A stretch of DNA of 63,793 bases, filler included, from Octopus bimaculoides (taxonomy: Eukaryota), in NCBI RefSeq assembly GCF_001194135.2. It is 9 parts of 8 records of this genome, joined end to end, with 100 filler letters (N's around TTAATTAATTAA, not from the genome) between each part and the next. Parts side by side here need not be neighbours in the genome. Positions count along the whole stretch, not along the records: positions 34,821 to 56,501 come from NC_068994.1; 8 more parts are not named here. One strand, given 5' to 3'. The first letter of the stretch is position 1. The number at the start of each line of letters is the position of its first letter. The notes under the pieces were generated by a model. It ran no database searches and had not been told where the DNA came from. It saw nothing but the letters and a program-made list of their open reading frames with translations. This document shows, piece by piece, positions 39,180-52,030 of the stretch. The translations under genes and the position numbers were made by a program.

Positions 39180-39333
39180 AGAATCATAAAAATAATAGCA
39201 GTGTGTGAATTTTTTTTTTTTTAGAAGAAAAGTATCAAACATTAAAATATTTTAAATACAGAAACTGTAAAAATCAATAGATAAGACGTAAAATATGATT
39301 TCCTTTGAAATGTTTACGATCGGCATCTTACAG

Positions 39334-39410
39334 AAGAAGGATGTTATTTTTTTATACATAAAATGGCCCTTTACTATAAATCTTATGATAGTAAACTCCA
39401 AATACAAAAG
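39334..39410 (+). CDS. Candidate internal exon, possibly of the villin-like gene
   Basis: cttacag| acceptor and AAG|gtaata donor in non-repetitive DNA. 77 nt, open in phase 1 to 0 as (E)EGCYFFIHKMALYYKSYDSKLQIQK. Phase-compatible with exon 4716-4851 but only faintly similar to the villin linker. Confidence 0.3.
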
Positions 39411-39762
39411 GTAATATACGTATGAAAGAAAAATCGAACAGTTAAAACATTAAAATTCCTGTGCAGACTTTCAGATCTCTCTTGTGACCCATGGCTTTCT
39501 GTTATAGAGGAAATTAAAAGCCATCAGTAAAATGAGCCGTATTGATCAATGCCAAAATAAAAAGAATCGATTGAAAACTCATTTCAAATAGAGAACATGA
39601 AAAAATCATTAACAATTTTTAAAATATCGTTAGTTCAGAAATGGGTGAGAAATGAAAACTTATTTGGAATATTAAACATTTCCTCAATACAAAATGAACA
39701 TCAATGAAACAAAATGCTTATTTACTAAATATACAAATCAATGTTTCATGGTTTACTATTGA

Positions 39763-39967
39763 CACTTTAGCATTTGAACCGGCTATATCTGACCCAAATA
39801 TTCTGCCTGTTTTATGTTCAAAGTAGCCAGATCTGGCCTCTCACACTAACCATAGAATGTCGATTTGAAAATAAACATTCACGCCATCAAAATCTCAAAG
39901 CTACGAGATAATACATTGTTAATTTGAAACATTGTGAAACAGTAAGAGTAATCTGAATGCTCAAGGG
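39763..39967. mobile_element. piggyBac-type MITE (degenerate)
   Basis: Left ttga|cactttagcatt and right aatgctcaaggg|ttaa: CCC/GGG-type TIR with a TTAA target site intact on the right. Confidence 0.65.
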
Positions 39968-41479
39968 TTAAAGGACATGGGATAGGAACCAAATAATTTA
40001 TAAAGATTTAGTAAAATAGTCTTTCTAATTTTGAGAGAAGGGAGGATTCGATTACATTATCCCAGTACTCAACTGGTTTTTATTTTATTGGCGCGGTAAC
40101 GATTCTGCCAGCTCGTCGCCTTACGGGTTCAGTAAAATAACGAACTGTTTAAAGTGAGGAAGGTTAATTAGCTGACTTTTTAGAGCCTCGGACAAAATGT
40201 CTTGTGGTTTTTGTTCTGGACTTTTACGTTCGACATTCAAATACCGCCAAGGTCAACTTTGACTTCCATCTTTTCAGGGATCAATAAATACAGCACCAGT
40301 TGAATAGTAATCCCTTCCCCTAAAATTTCAAGCTTTATGCTTATGTCACAGACAATTTTCTGTCAAGGAGCCAGAAGTAGTCTCAGCTGGGTCAATATCA
40401 AAAGGTTAACCAACTAGAATTCATTGATCCGGTTTACAACGTTGATTTGGGTTCGGTCCCATGGTGCGGCACTCTGAGTAAGTAATTGCTATCGTAATCA
40501 TGGGTCAACCAAAGCTTTGAATATAATTTCGTAGACGAAATCTTTATAGATGCTTGTAAGATGGACTGCTCCTGTTACGGGTGATAGCTTTAATCTCTCG
40601 CCATCTAGCTCCCGGATTGTCTTTTGTGGAGTTTACAACTTCATGAACCAGGACTCTGGCCAGAGAATAATTTCCTCTCTGCATCCCAATAGGATGGAAT
40701 ATGAAAGGGGTAATTGACGGTCTTCATTCTCCGATTTGTAAGCCAGTTAAAAGCAACTTGATCTCACCGTGCGCAGAGGGTTGGAAGAAATTCTGCGAAG
40801 CGTTCCGTCCGACAATCTAACAATTCGGCTAATTCGCTACCTCTTTTGTTGATTATATGTGTGTGCATCTGTTATATGCAGCAGGAGTAGTATTAAATTA
40901 AAGTACTCGTTTATGTATCATACTTAATGTAAATACATCGTTGAAAGGCAAATTTACTGCCGTAATTTTCCGGAGATATCTCTTATGGATGTACTGTGTT
41001 TAAAACCATAATATATTTGAGAGAAAGACGAAAATCGTTCCAGCATCGGCTAATGAGAACATCAGATACATTTTTGCCTCGTTGGGCTTTATCGATAGCG
41101 TGTACTCACAGCCAGCATGCTTAGGCGAAATTTACCGCCACTGAAAAATAGTAAGAATAAACAATCACCGGTACTGGGAATAACCATTCGGCTAAATATA
41201 AACCCACATCATTTACCAGAAGCAGTTTTAGATTAAAATAGCTATTATATATCATACTTAATGTAAATATATCGTAGTCAGTAAATTTACTACTGTATTT
41301 GGCCGGAGATAACATTTCGTATGGATATGCTGTTGTTTTTTTTAAATCTATATATTGAAGGGAGGCGAAAACCGTCCCAGCTTTGGCGAGAGGGAACTCT
41401 AGATGTAGTCCTGTCTCGTGTGTGTGTGTGTGATTAAAAGTTCTGTTTATATGTGTAGTTCGTAACTTTAATGTATTAG

Positions 41480-42400
41480 CTTCAATTTTTGACATAAGAC
41501 CAATAATTTGGTGGGAGTGCGATAAGTCGATTACGTCGATTCCAATGCTCAACTGGTACGTATTTTGGATCTATTTCAAAACGGGGGCACCAGTATTTTC
41601 TTAACGAAACACTAACGAAACACTAACGAAACACTTTGAAACTTGGGACACTGGTAGAATGTGTCATATAAAACATCTTTTACTCTTAGTCTTCTTAACA
41701 AAAAAACGTACATCGCAAGTTATTCCATGTTAAAGTTGTCGTATTTCTGTAATTTCAACCAATCACTGACGTCTATTCAGCTCAATAGAGTTACTGCTGG
41801 GCGGTCATAAAAATGTTATTCCTAGTGACATATTTCATCCGGTTTAATCATAATTTATACGCATATATTGTTTATAGAATAAATTACGCTGTGCGTATCT
41901 ATGTGTGTAACAATTTTAGAGTTCGGATTCTAGAGTTAGGGTTAGTTTTAGGGTTAGGGTTAGGGTTAACAGTCTAGTTAGGGTTAGGGTTAGGGTTAGG
42001 ATTAACAGTCTAGTTAGGGTTAGGGTTAGGGTTAGGGGATTAATACGATATACACCGTTACAGCGCTAACTGTTTTCAACTGAATACACGTCAGTGATTA
42101 GTAGAAATTATCGAAATAAGACAATTTTTTACATGAAATAAATTCGAATACAAATTTTTTTTTCTGTTCTATAACACAAAATAGATAAGTATACGAAGTT
42201 TGAAAGTCTTTCGGTACCAAAAACACTACATAAAACATAAATGAAAACTGGTGCCCCCGTTTTGAAATAGATCCCGTATTTTATCGACTCGAAACGGATG
42301 AAAGGTAAAGTTGACGTCTACGGAATTTGTGCTAAGAACATAAAGAGGGGCAAAAAGTTGCCAGGCATTTTGCCCGGCGTGCTAACGATTCTACCTGCTC
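41480..42400 (-). mobile_element. SINE family B copy interrupted by the foldback MITE
   Basis: gtcgattacgtcgattccaatgctcaactggtacgtatttt | MITE | cgtattttatcgactcgaaacggatgaaagg...ggcgtgctaacgattc. Confidence 0.85.
41567..42274. mobile_element. Foldback MITE with perfect 28-bp TIRs, 8-bp TSD and internal (TTAGGG)n
   Basis: GGATCTATTTCAAAACGGGGGCACCAGT (41567-41594) and its exact reverse complement (42247-42274). CGTATTTT on both sides (41559-41566, 42275-42282). Splits a SINE B copy. Confidence 0.93.
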
Positions 42401-44139
42401 CCCGTTTTTTCTAACATTAATATAATTACATATTAATTATAAATGTAATTATATTTCTTCGCTTATTTAACGAAGTATTCTTTAATATAACCTTTTAAAT
42501 ACCGAAAACGTTCTGAACGTCTGTTGTAAAGAGGTAAGACGACAAAGAATAAAAATATTGAGACAAACAAGTAAATAAATAAATTAATAAATACATAGAT
42601 AAATACGCAAATATATAAAAATAGAAGAATCTGTTGAAGAGTTCCGGGAATTGACTTGCCGTAAGGGTGATGAAAATGTACCGTTTGGTTGGTTTGTCTA
42701 TTCTGAAAGAGAGAAGTGGAGGGAGGCAAAGAGAAATATTTAGCAAACAAACAACAAATTAAACGCATTCAGAGTTACTATGTCAACAACTGACGTGTAA
42801 ATAGATAACAGATATGTAAATAAACAAATAGGCAGGAAGACTGCGAAGAAACAAATATATTTTAATTGTATATTACACTGTATAGGTCAAAGGCACGACT
42901 CGCTAGTCGAATGCGATCCGAGGCAATGTCTGATCTGCATCCGGCTCAGCTTTATAAAAATAAAATTATTATTTCATAAATTTTAAGAAATAATTTGTTA
43001 ATTATAGTAACATGGGTTCCGGTTAATGAAATCAGTGCATCTTATGAAATATTTCGAACCAATGAATAAATCCAAATTCTGAAAAATATAACCTATTTTT
43101 CTTTTATTTTGTCAATACATATCGAGCCAAACAAAATTTTTTTAAAGTCTTTCTCTCAAGTTTTTGCACGTGTTCGTCCGAGTATATTCCAGTGACATGA
43201 ACAATATCGGGAAGTTTTGAATAGGAAACAGCGCTAGCTTTCTCTCTTGTTCTTAGGCGAATATGGCAATCATTTCGCAATCATGAGGTCGGGGTTTTGA
43301 TTGCGCTGCATTGCATCTTGGGTAATTGTCATTTCTTAAGGCCACGAGTCGATACATAAACTATATGTGAAATAAATAAGCTATAGACGAACCTGCAATT
43401 CAAAGGTTCGCGCTTGTGTCACGGAATCATTGTATCACGGTGAGTTTGCCCGAGGACTATAATAAAGTTTAATGTGACTGGGAAACACCTTAGTCACTTA
43501 GACGCTAATTCAACGAGTCTGATCATTTTTAATCCATCTTACAGCTTATGATCGGAAATTCTGACTGAGATCCTTTTATTTGGTTACTTTCTGTCTCTTT
43601 GTTTCGTAAGTCAGTTTTCTAGGCGGTTGGTGTGATGCTGGAATAGTTATGTACTTGTGTCCCCGAAATGATGACAGGACATAACTGAGATGTTATCTAT
43701 TTACGGACACTGTTATTGTCATTGATCATTTTTAGTTCCAGACCTGCCCTGATCGAGTTAACTGACCTTTAGTCAAAGACGTTCCATCCGTCATTATTCA
43801 CCCTTTATCAGACATAGTATCGCTAGAAATACATTATTTCATCTGTCTTTTTAGAATGTGATTTTAGAGAAATTTGATTATTTCCAGAAAAGTTGTCGTC
43901 GCATAGAGGTGATATGACCGGTTGTGTAAATATAAATTAAAAACAATGAGTATAAGAACGGATCTTTTTTAGTACACCATTAGGGAAGTTACATATTTTT
44001 GATGTATTGCTTTCATATTCTATATACGTTTGGTCACTTGAGAGAGAGAACACTAGTAGGCTTTTTATATTGTTGTTGCTTTGTGTTTTTGTTTTTTTTA
44101 GAGTTATATTTTATTATTTTGTATTTCCGTTCGCGTATC

Positions 44140-44310
44140 GGACAAAATGTTTAGCAGCATTTCTTCCAGCTCTTTACGTTCTGAGTTCCAATTCGGCTTT
44201 TTCTTTCATCCTTCCAGGGTCGATAAAATAAGTACTGAAGTCAATGTAATCCACTTACCCTCCCCTAAAATTGCTGGTCTTGTGCCAAAGTTTGAAGCAA
44301 TTATAAGTAG
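44140..44310 (+). mobile_element. SINE family B (degenerate)
   Basis: aaatgtttagcagcatttc...acgttctgagttccaattc...gggtcgataaaataagtac...cttgtgccaaagtttgaa. Confidence 0.7.
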
Positions 44311-44869
44311 GTGTCAGGGAATGCTAATGCTTATAATGGTTAGGATAATGATAATGTGTGTAGGAATTTTTGATGCTGCTCTTGTAATTGAGGTCTTTAG
44401 GTATTCTTGTATAAGGTTTATGAAAGAGTTGAATATAATCCTGCAAACTCAACAAAGAAAACACCCACTCGAATATACAGTTCTTGTTCCTTAGAGTGAT
44501 CGGTCGTATCTTCTGTACAACCTATTTGTCTACATGGAGTGACCCTCTGTAAACAGGGGATGACTTAAACATGTACTCCCAATGCCCTACAACAGGATAC
44601 GTACCTTCAATTCACTGATAACACTTTATAAAACAAAAAAACAATGATGTTGTGAATGGGTAGAACATCTAAACAAACTGTATACTGTCTCTAGACGTAC
44701 CCACCACCCTCTGTTCATTCTGATTAGGATTTCTTACAATGTCACGAAACCAAAAGTTTTAGGGGTGTTGATTAAATTAAACACAGAACATGTCTGGTGC
44801 TAATTTTAATGACTCTCCTCTCCAACTTTTTTCCTGGGCAGAGGAAAGAAAGAATTCGCTTCAACGATA

Positions 44870-45197
44870 TTTGAACTAAGAAAGAGACAAAATTATTAAA
44901 TCAACTCCAGGACAAGACCTATTTTATAGATTCTAGAAGGATGAAAGATAAAATTGGTCCTCAAAGATTTGAACTCAAAATATCCTTCCTACTCTAAGCA
45001 CAAGGCCTGAAATTTTGGGAGAAGGGGCTAGTCGATTACACTGACTCCAGAACATGATTGGTACTTATTCTATTGATCCCGAAAGGGTGAGAGCAAAATT
45101 GACCTCGGTGGAATGTGAATGCAGAACGAAAAGACGTGTGAAATGTCGTTAAGCATTTTATCCGAGGTGCTAAAGACTTTGCCATCTCACCGCCTTC
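44870..45197 (-). mobile_element. SINE family B copy plus an upstream fragment
   Basis: ccttcctactctaagcacaaggcctgaaatttt...gccatctcaccgcctt; a partial second core at about 44900-44985. Confidence 0.75.
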
Positions 45198-46025
45198 ATT
45201 TCAACTCAAAATATGAAAAAAAGCGTAACCGAATACTGTAAGACATNNNNNNNNNNNNNNNNNNNNNNNNNNNNNNNNNNNNNNNNNNNNNNNNNNNNNN
45301 NNNNNNNNNNNNNNNNNNNNNNNNNNNNNNNNNNNNNNNNNNNNNNNNNNNNNNNNNNNNNNNNNNNNNNNNNNNNNNNNNNNNNNNNNNNNNNNNNNNN
45401 NNNNNNNNNNNNNNNNNNNNNNNNNNNNNNNNNNNNNNNNNNNNNNNNNNNNNNNNNNNNNNNNNNNNNNNNNNNNNNNNNNNNNNNNNNNNNNNNNNNN
45501 NNNNNNNNNNNNNNNNNNNNNNNNNNNNNNNNNNNNNNNNNNNNNNNNNNNNNNNNNNNNNNNNNNNNNNNNNNNNNNNNNNNNNNNNNNNNNNNNNNNN
45601 NNNNNNNNNNNNNNNNNNNNNNNNNNNNNNNNNNNNNNNNNNNNNNNNNNNNNNNNNNNNNNNNNNNNNNNNNNNNNNNNNNNNNNNNNNNNNNNNNNNN
45701 NNNNNNNNNNNNNNNNNNNNNNNNNNNNNNNNNNNNNNNNNNNNNNNNNNNNNNNNNNNNNNNNNNNNNNNNNNNNNNTCTCTTGAGATACATTAAATAT
45801 ATAACATATATATATATTAAAGTAATGAAACAACAACGTTTATGGCATCCAATAACATAATGGAGATATCAGTTACTATATTATCTTTTGTCAATAATCT
45901 GCAAGAATCACGGAGTCAGTTTGTAATTCTCTCTGCAAGACCTTTAGTTCTGTATCAAATTTTGTAAGCTATTACTATCAATAAAGCAATTGCTTAAAAT
46001 ATTTTAAATAGGAGAGCTAGGGGAG

Positions 46026-46065
<40 letters not shown>

Positions 46066-46388
46066 TGTATATCAAACCAAAGCTGTTATATTTAGTTGTT
46101 TTATCCGCGTAATTGGCTCCATATTTGCTCAGTTGGATTCCTCGTTTAGCCACTCATTACCCCGCGGAATTGGTCCCTCCTAATGACATTGGAGTCTAAG
46201 TTCGAATCATTTGAGCGCTATTGTTTTCTATACCGATAATCTCTGGATCTCATCTGTTGGCTATATTATATATATTTTTTTCTCTTGGGAAAGTTGCAGA
46301 TTTATCATGCTGCAAAAGGCTCGATAACTGCAAATATATTGCACGTAATCATTGGCAGCATTTAAATTTACAAATACAGAAAATATTT

Positions 46389-46819
46389 GCAAAGGACTCT
46401 GTACCATGCCACACAAGCAGGCGAACCCAGCCATGGAAGTCAGACAATTCTGCGACCACGTCACTTCTAACATATGACCACCTAACTCCCCAGACTGCAA
46501 CCATCTTGATTTTTATGTGTGGGACACAGTTGAGCGAGAGACCAACAAAATTCCTTGTAACGCCGGAGATGAACTGAAGGCAAGGATTATGGAAGCATTC
46601 ACCAACTTAAACAAAGAAACCGCCCAGAAGAGTTGCAGGAGATTCCGAAATTGTCTGGAGACCGTGATTGAACCCAATGGCGATTTTATTGAATAAATTT
46701 ACTCTTTAGTATTTCAAGATATTTTTATGTAATTTTGGAAAATATTTCTGTTAAAATGAGATGTCAGTGTCATTTTCATTTTTGCGTAATTTAGACGACA
46801 ATTTATTCGCCGCACCCTG
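46389..46819 (+). mobile_element. maT (DD37D) transposon 3' fragment, same family as 15069-16119
   Basis: KDSVPCHTSRRTQPW...NSPDCNHLDFYVWDTVER...DELKARIMEAFTNLNKE...IEPNGDFIE*. 3' TIR tttattcgccgcaccctg|ta. Confidence 0.85.
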
Positions 46820-46941
46820 TATATATGTGTGTATGTGTGTGTGTGTGTGTGTGTATACATACATTCATACATACATACATACATACATGTACGTATGTAT
46901 ATATGTATGTATGTATGTATGCATGTATGTATGTATGTATG

Positions 46942-46975
<34 letters not shown>

Positions 46976-47003
46976 TGTGCGTGTGTGTGTGTATATATAT
47001 GTA

Positions 47004-48334
47004 TCTACTACATATGTGGAAAATCGGTGTGTGTTTGTTTGTGGCGTTGTTAGCTAACTCCTCCTACATAGTTTTATTGATTTTGATGAAACTTGACACA
47101 TGAGTGGAACTCATGTCTGGAAACCTCGTAACATACTTAGATTGTTGAAAAAATCGATAAAACGGCCTCTGGGAAATAACCTATAGCACCTGTACAATAT
47201 TTTTTAAACACTCAAGGGAAATAACCCGTACCACCTGCAGATTTTAGCGAAGCGATCAATATTTGATTCTCACGATCAGCCGACCTAATTCTGCATTTCA
47301 CTACTCACAGTTTTGAACTGCTAAACATTATTATTGCACTTTCTTAATTTGAATCTTAAACCTTAAAGAATTCATTCATACATTTCTATACATACATTCT
47401 TCTCTGACTGCCCATAACCTAAGGGAAATAACCTATAGCACCTGTACAATATTTTTTAAACACTCAAGGGAAATAACCCATTTCATTGTTTATATTCGAT
47501 TACTTTGAATATTGATTTTTTTGTGTGTCCTATTTCTAATTTTTGCAGACAATATCACATTTAAACTTTATTTGACATGTGAGTAGAACTCATGTCTGAA
47601 AACCTCGTGACATACTTAAATTGTTGTGCCCTTCCAATGGATCATTGTATCTACTACATATTACTAATATATTATTTAAACAACCCAAGAGAAATAACCC
47701 GTACCACCTGCAGATTTTAGCGAAGCGATCAATATTTGATTCTCACGATCAGCCGACCTAATTCTGCATTTCACTACTCACAGTTTTGAACTGCTAAACA
47801 TTATTATTGCACTTTCTTAATCTGAATCTTAAACCTTAAGGAATTCATTCATACATTTCTATACAGACATTCTTCTCTGACTGCCCATAACTCCGATAAT
47901 TCTACACTTTTTCCATGACAGTAGATAATTTTTTTATTCTACAACGTATTTTTAGTGGCTTCATGCAGGCATAGCATGAATTCCATCCTCGATTGCCAAA
48001 TTTCATTTAACACTTCAACAGCGTTTTTCTCACGGTATAACAATAGTTTTTCTGTGAATGACAGCAGTTATACATTTCCCAGATGCCTTCGCTAAGCAGA
48101 ATAATGTCTTTGCTTCTCGCCTACCTCCGACAACTTCTCTCACCAACCTCCGACAATCTTTCTCGTCAACCTCCAGCAATCTCTCCCCCCTCCAGCTGAG
48201 AGTTTTTTGTACTTTTTCGTGACGGAAAATACACCTCTTGTGGCAGTTATAACGAAATTGCTTTCTTATATCAGAGTAATAAGGCGTTTCAATAGAGCAT
48301 CTTTACCCCCGGGAATTACCGGGTACGCCAGCTA

Positions 48335-48335
<1 letters not shown>
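47004..48335 (+). mobile_element. Complete non-autonomous Helitron with internal duplications
   Basis: A|TC 5' end (atctactac...gtttgtttgt...aactcct...gattttgatgaaact), 3' hairpin cccgg-gaatta-ccggg (48308-48323), CTAG|T end, no TSD. Internal repeats 47216-47418 vs 47689-47891 and 47171-47227 vs 47423-47479. Confidence 0.85.
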
Positions 48336-48387
<52 letters not shown>

Positions 48388-49056
48388 GTGTATGCGTGTG
48401 TCTGTTAATGTACGCGTTAATTAGCGTTTTCCCATACAATCATACATTACAAGTATTGCTTTAAGTGGGGTATATATATATCTTCATTTTTATCTCGACT
48501 ACTGTCAAATTTTTTCTTGTGAAAATAAATTATGTGTGCATGTATGTAGCATGTGTCAATACGTTTACGTAAACAAACACATCTATGCAAATGAAAATCA
48601 TAAATAAATCCGTACGTATATATAATATACAGCCATATATGCGGATATAATTTTCATTTTTCATACACTCAGTTTTTGTATGTAAGGAAAAATAAATATC
48701 TCCTCCCTCTCTCTCACATTCACAATATGTGTATGTATATGTAATTATGTATGTATGTATGTGTTGTGTTCGTGTGCGATTCTACGTATACGTATAGTAT
48801 TCATACGCCTTCGACTGTGACTATCTCTGCAATTACTGCTCTTATCTCCAAGTAATGTGTGTGTTTCTCTCTCTCTCTCTCGCTCTCTCTTTCTCTCTCT
48901 CTCTCTCTCTCTGTCTCTGTTTGTGTGTGTGTGTGTATTTACATAATACATATATATATATACTTCTGTGTATATATGTATATTATGTATATATATATAC
49001 ATATATATATAAACATATATATATATATACACATACTTATGTATATTATTCATACG

Positions 49057-49128
<72 letters not shown>

Positions 49129-49616
49129 CTTATATATGTATATTATTCATATGTATATATATACATATATACACACACACATATACATAAGTATATCATA
49201 TATACATATATACATGTGAATATATACATATATATATGTATATATGTATAAACACACACACCCATATATATCGTATATATGTACCATATATCTGTCATGT
49301 AAGTTAAAAAAATGATTCATTGTATCGTACAGCTTTCTCTTTTCCTCTCTTTCGCTTTCTTTCTCTCTCTCCCTCTCTCCTACCTTTCTCTCTCTCTTTC
49401 TCTCTTTCTCTAACAACTCGTATAGTACTTCTATTATATAATCTCTAATTGTAAGAAATATGACTGTTAAACTCTCCTTTACATACACATTTATTTGGGA
49501 TGCGCACGCTGATATCGAACAGTGAGAACGAGAGCTCAACACGCATTCATGGGTAAATATTTTTTTATTTTTGAGTTAACAAAGCTATCATTGCTTTCAT
49601 GCTGCGAATTTCCACT

Positions 49617-49701
49617 ATTATCAAACCTGCCACATGGGACATTGGCACTCGTCTTCAAGACGGAGATGGGTAACAACGTCCCATGTGGCAGACTTGATAA
49701 T
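49617..49701. repeat. 85-nt hairpin / mini inverted repeat
   Basis: attatcaaacctgccacatgggac (49617-49640) pairs with gtcccatgtggcagacttgataat (49678-49701) at 22/24 positions, including a perfect 14-bp GC-rich core. Confidence 0.85.
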
Positions 49702-49723
49702 TACTTAGAATGTATATAATTTA

Positions 49724-49838
<115 letters not shown>

Positions 49839-49870
49839 TATATATCGTTTTTGCTTATTTTGTACTACAG

Positions 49871-49938
49871 ATAAATAGTGCTCGATACAACATTGCGTTT
49901 AGAAGTGTGTTGATTCTGATGTCTGTTGTATGTGTAAG
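49871..49938 (+). CDS. Candidate exon
   Basis: Strong pyrimidine tract (ttttgcttattttgtactacag|) and AAG|gtaaac donor. 68 nt, open in phase 0 to 2 as [22 protein letters not shown]. No recognisable homology. Confidence 0.22.
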
Positions 49939-50829
49939 GTAAACTGAGATTACGTTCTCTGGTCACTGATTCGCTCAGTAAACTTCTCGTTTAATTTTGT
50001 ATGTCAGTCAATTGCAAAGTAATTACTATTAAAAGGTGTAATCAATGTAAATTCCAAATAGACTTCCTTTTCGAGTGATCATATGAACACTAAAGTTAAG
50101 TATCATTTATTATGCATCAGACGTTTCTTCTGTGAAATTTCCGAAAAAGTATTTTGTCATGTACTGACAACAGGAAATTATTTCAGTTAGATTGGCTGAT
50201 GATGCCAACTTTTTCTGTAAAATTGACATCCTAGAACATCAATTCGTTGTTAAATGTTCCTATTTTATCGGATGTTTCTTTTACTGGAGTTGAATTTTCT
50301 TCAATTTCTTTTAATATAGAAGATATATGAATGAGTCGCGGTAATTCTGTCTATATCTGTTCATACAATCGCATTAAGTTATTTGCTACTACAGAGTTCA
50401 AAGTGTACAATTTGTGTGAGACATTAGAAGTGTATGTTGATGTATGTATGTGGATATATACTTAGTTCCAGATACATCTCACAGATAATCTAGGACGCAT
50501 CATTAATGATGTTTCCGGGGGGCCTATGGAGGTGGGGTCGGGTCTTTCAACATTAGACCCCTTCGCGTATTTGATCCAGCTGGGATTGATCAGTTCCTAG
50601 ATTTCATACCAGCAGCAGTAAACTGTCGGTCTACTCTCTTTAGCCAAAGTCACCTAGTGGCCTTCTCTTTAACTTCAATTATAGAATCTGAGGCCCTCAT
50701 ATTTGCTACACTAGTAACCTTAAGCCCAATCATATATACAGACAGACATACAGACAGACAGACAGTCTGTGAGTAAAGCTAGAGTGACAAAAGAATACTT
50801 CAGCAGACTTCGAAAGTCAGAGCTGCCAT

Positions 50830-52030
50830 TATTATTATTGAATTAAACTATATCCCATAATACTTTCGCAGTGACAGTGCTAGTGCCAACATTTGAGATA
50901 CTTGACTGGTTATTTGAAGAACTCCGCAACTTAGACATCAGAACTAGGAAAATACTAACAATGACTGGTAACTTCTAGATCAACAATCATAGTAACAGGA
51001 TCTATATAAAACGGCGGGATGGAGGAAAATGTATAAGATCAACCCAGACAACCGTTGAGTGCCACATCGTGTCACTTAGACAACACCTAGTAAAAAGTAA
51101 GGAGAGAAATTAGTACATCACGAGTATACTCAACAGTAAAGGAAATAACAGTGTAAGACTAGGCGAAGAACTCCAGCACAGGTATTGTTAGTGTACAGCA
51201 GATCTATGTAAGCCAAGTGCAGCTGGACTAACCTACTTAAATACAGACTTGGAAGAGAAATGCTCATCATACCAGCAGAAAGTTATGCATAGTTTAAAAA
51301 TTCTAGAGAATGCCAGCAACATTGACAGGAATAGTAACCTTTCCTGCATCTCATCTACAAATCTATGCCTTTGCTATCCAAGAACGTGAGATACCACCTA
51401 GATACCTAAATAATAAAAGGGATACAGGTGCCTCTAAACCCTCAGGCCGTAATGGTAAGTGTGGATCATGCTATACCGTTGTGGAAGATACCACTCATAT
51501 CATCAGCTGCTGTTCAATGCTGTTTGCAAGATACCACCTTCCCAAGAGATATGACATTATCGTTAAAATAGTCTACAATGCTACACAGAGGAAGGATTGT
51601 CCTGGTGGCCAACTCAAAGACACGCCAGAACCAGAAAGTATCCACACCGTCAGAAAATAAAGAATACTGGTGGAACATTGCAATAAATACCGCAACCCGA
51701 TGTAAGTACAACAGGCTAGTTATAGTTGAATGAGACAGGGAACAAAAGTTGTGCACCGTTGTAGAGATCAACTGCCCGGTGAATGTGAATGTTTCTCCAA
51801 AAATTAAGGAAAAGAATATCTATGAAGGAATGATGAGAAACCTACAGGTCTTATATCCACGCTAAAGAATATTATTTGTTCTTTTCTTCATAGTTGTAAT
51901 GGGCTGCGTAGCCAAAGATTTGCATAGAATCCTATATATGCTTGGGTTCCTTCAAAAGAAGAACAGAACAGATTGATTTGTATTCTCTAGTTGCGGATCT
52001 ATTACAGGAGCAGTGTAAATTTATAAAGCG
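50830..52030 (+). mobile_element. Decayed RLE-type non-LTR retrotransposon, 3' half
   Basis: VPTFEILDW...LDIRTRKILTMTGNF...IYIKRRDGG; FAIQEREIPPRYL; CCHC-like CGSC...VEDTTHIISCC; endonuclease region LCTVVEINCP...KIKEK. Confidence 0.8.

Noticed and set aside
41935-42038. Chromosome end or telomere fusion
   Set aside because: A short interstitial tract enclosed within a TIR- and TSD-bounded element.
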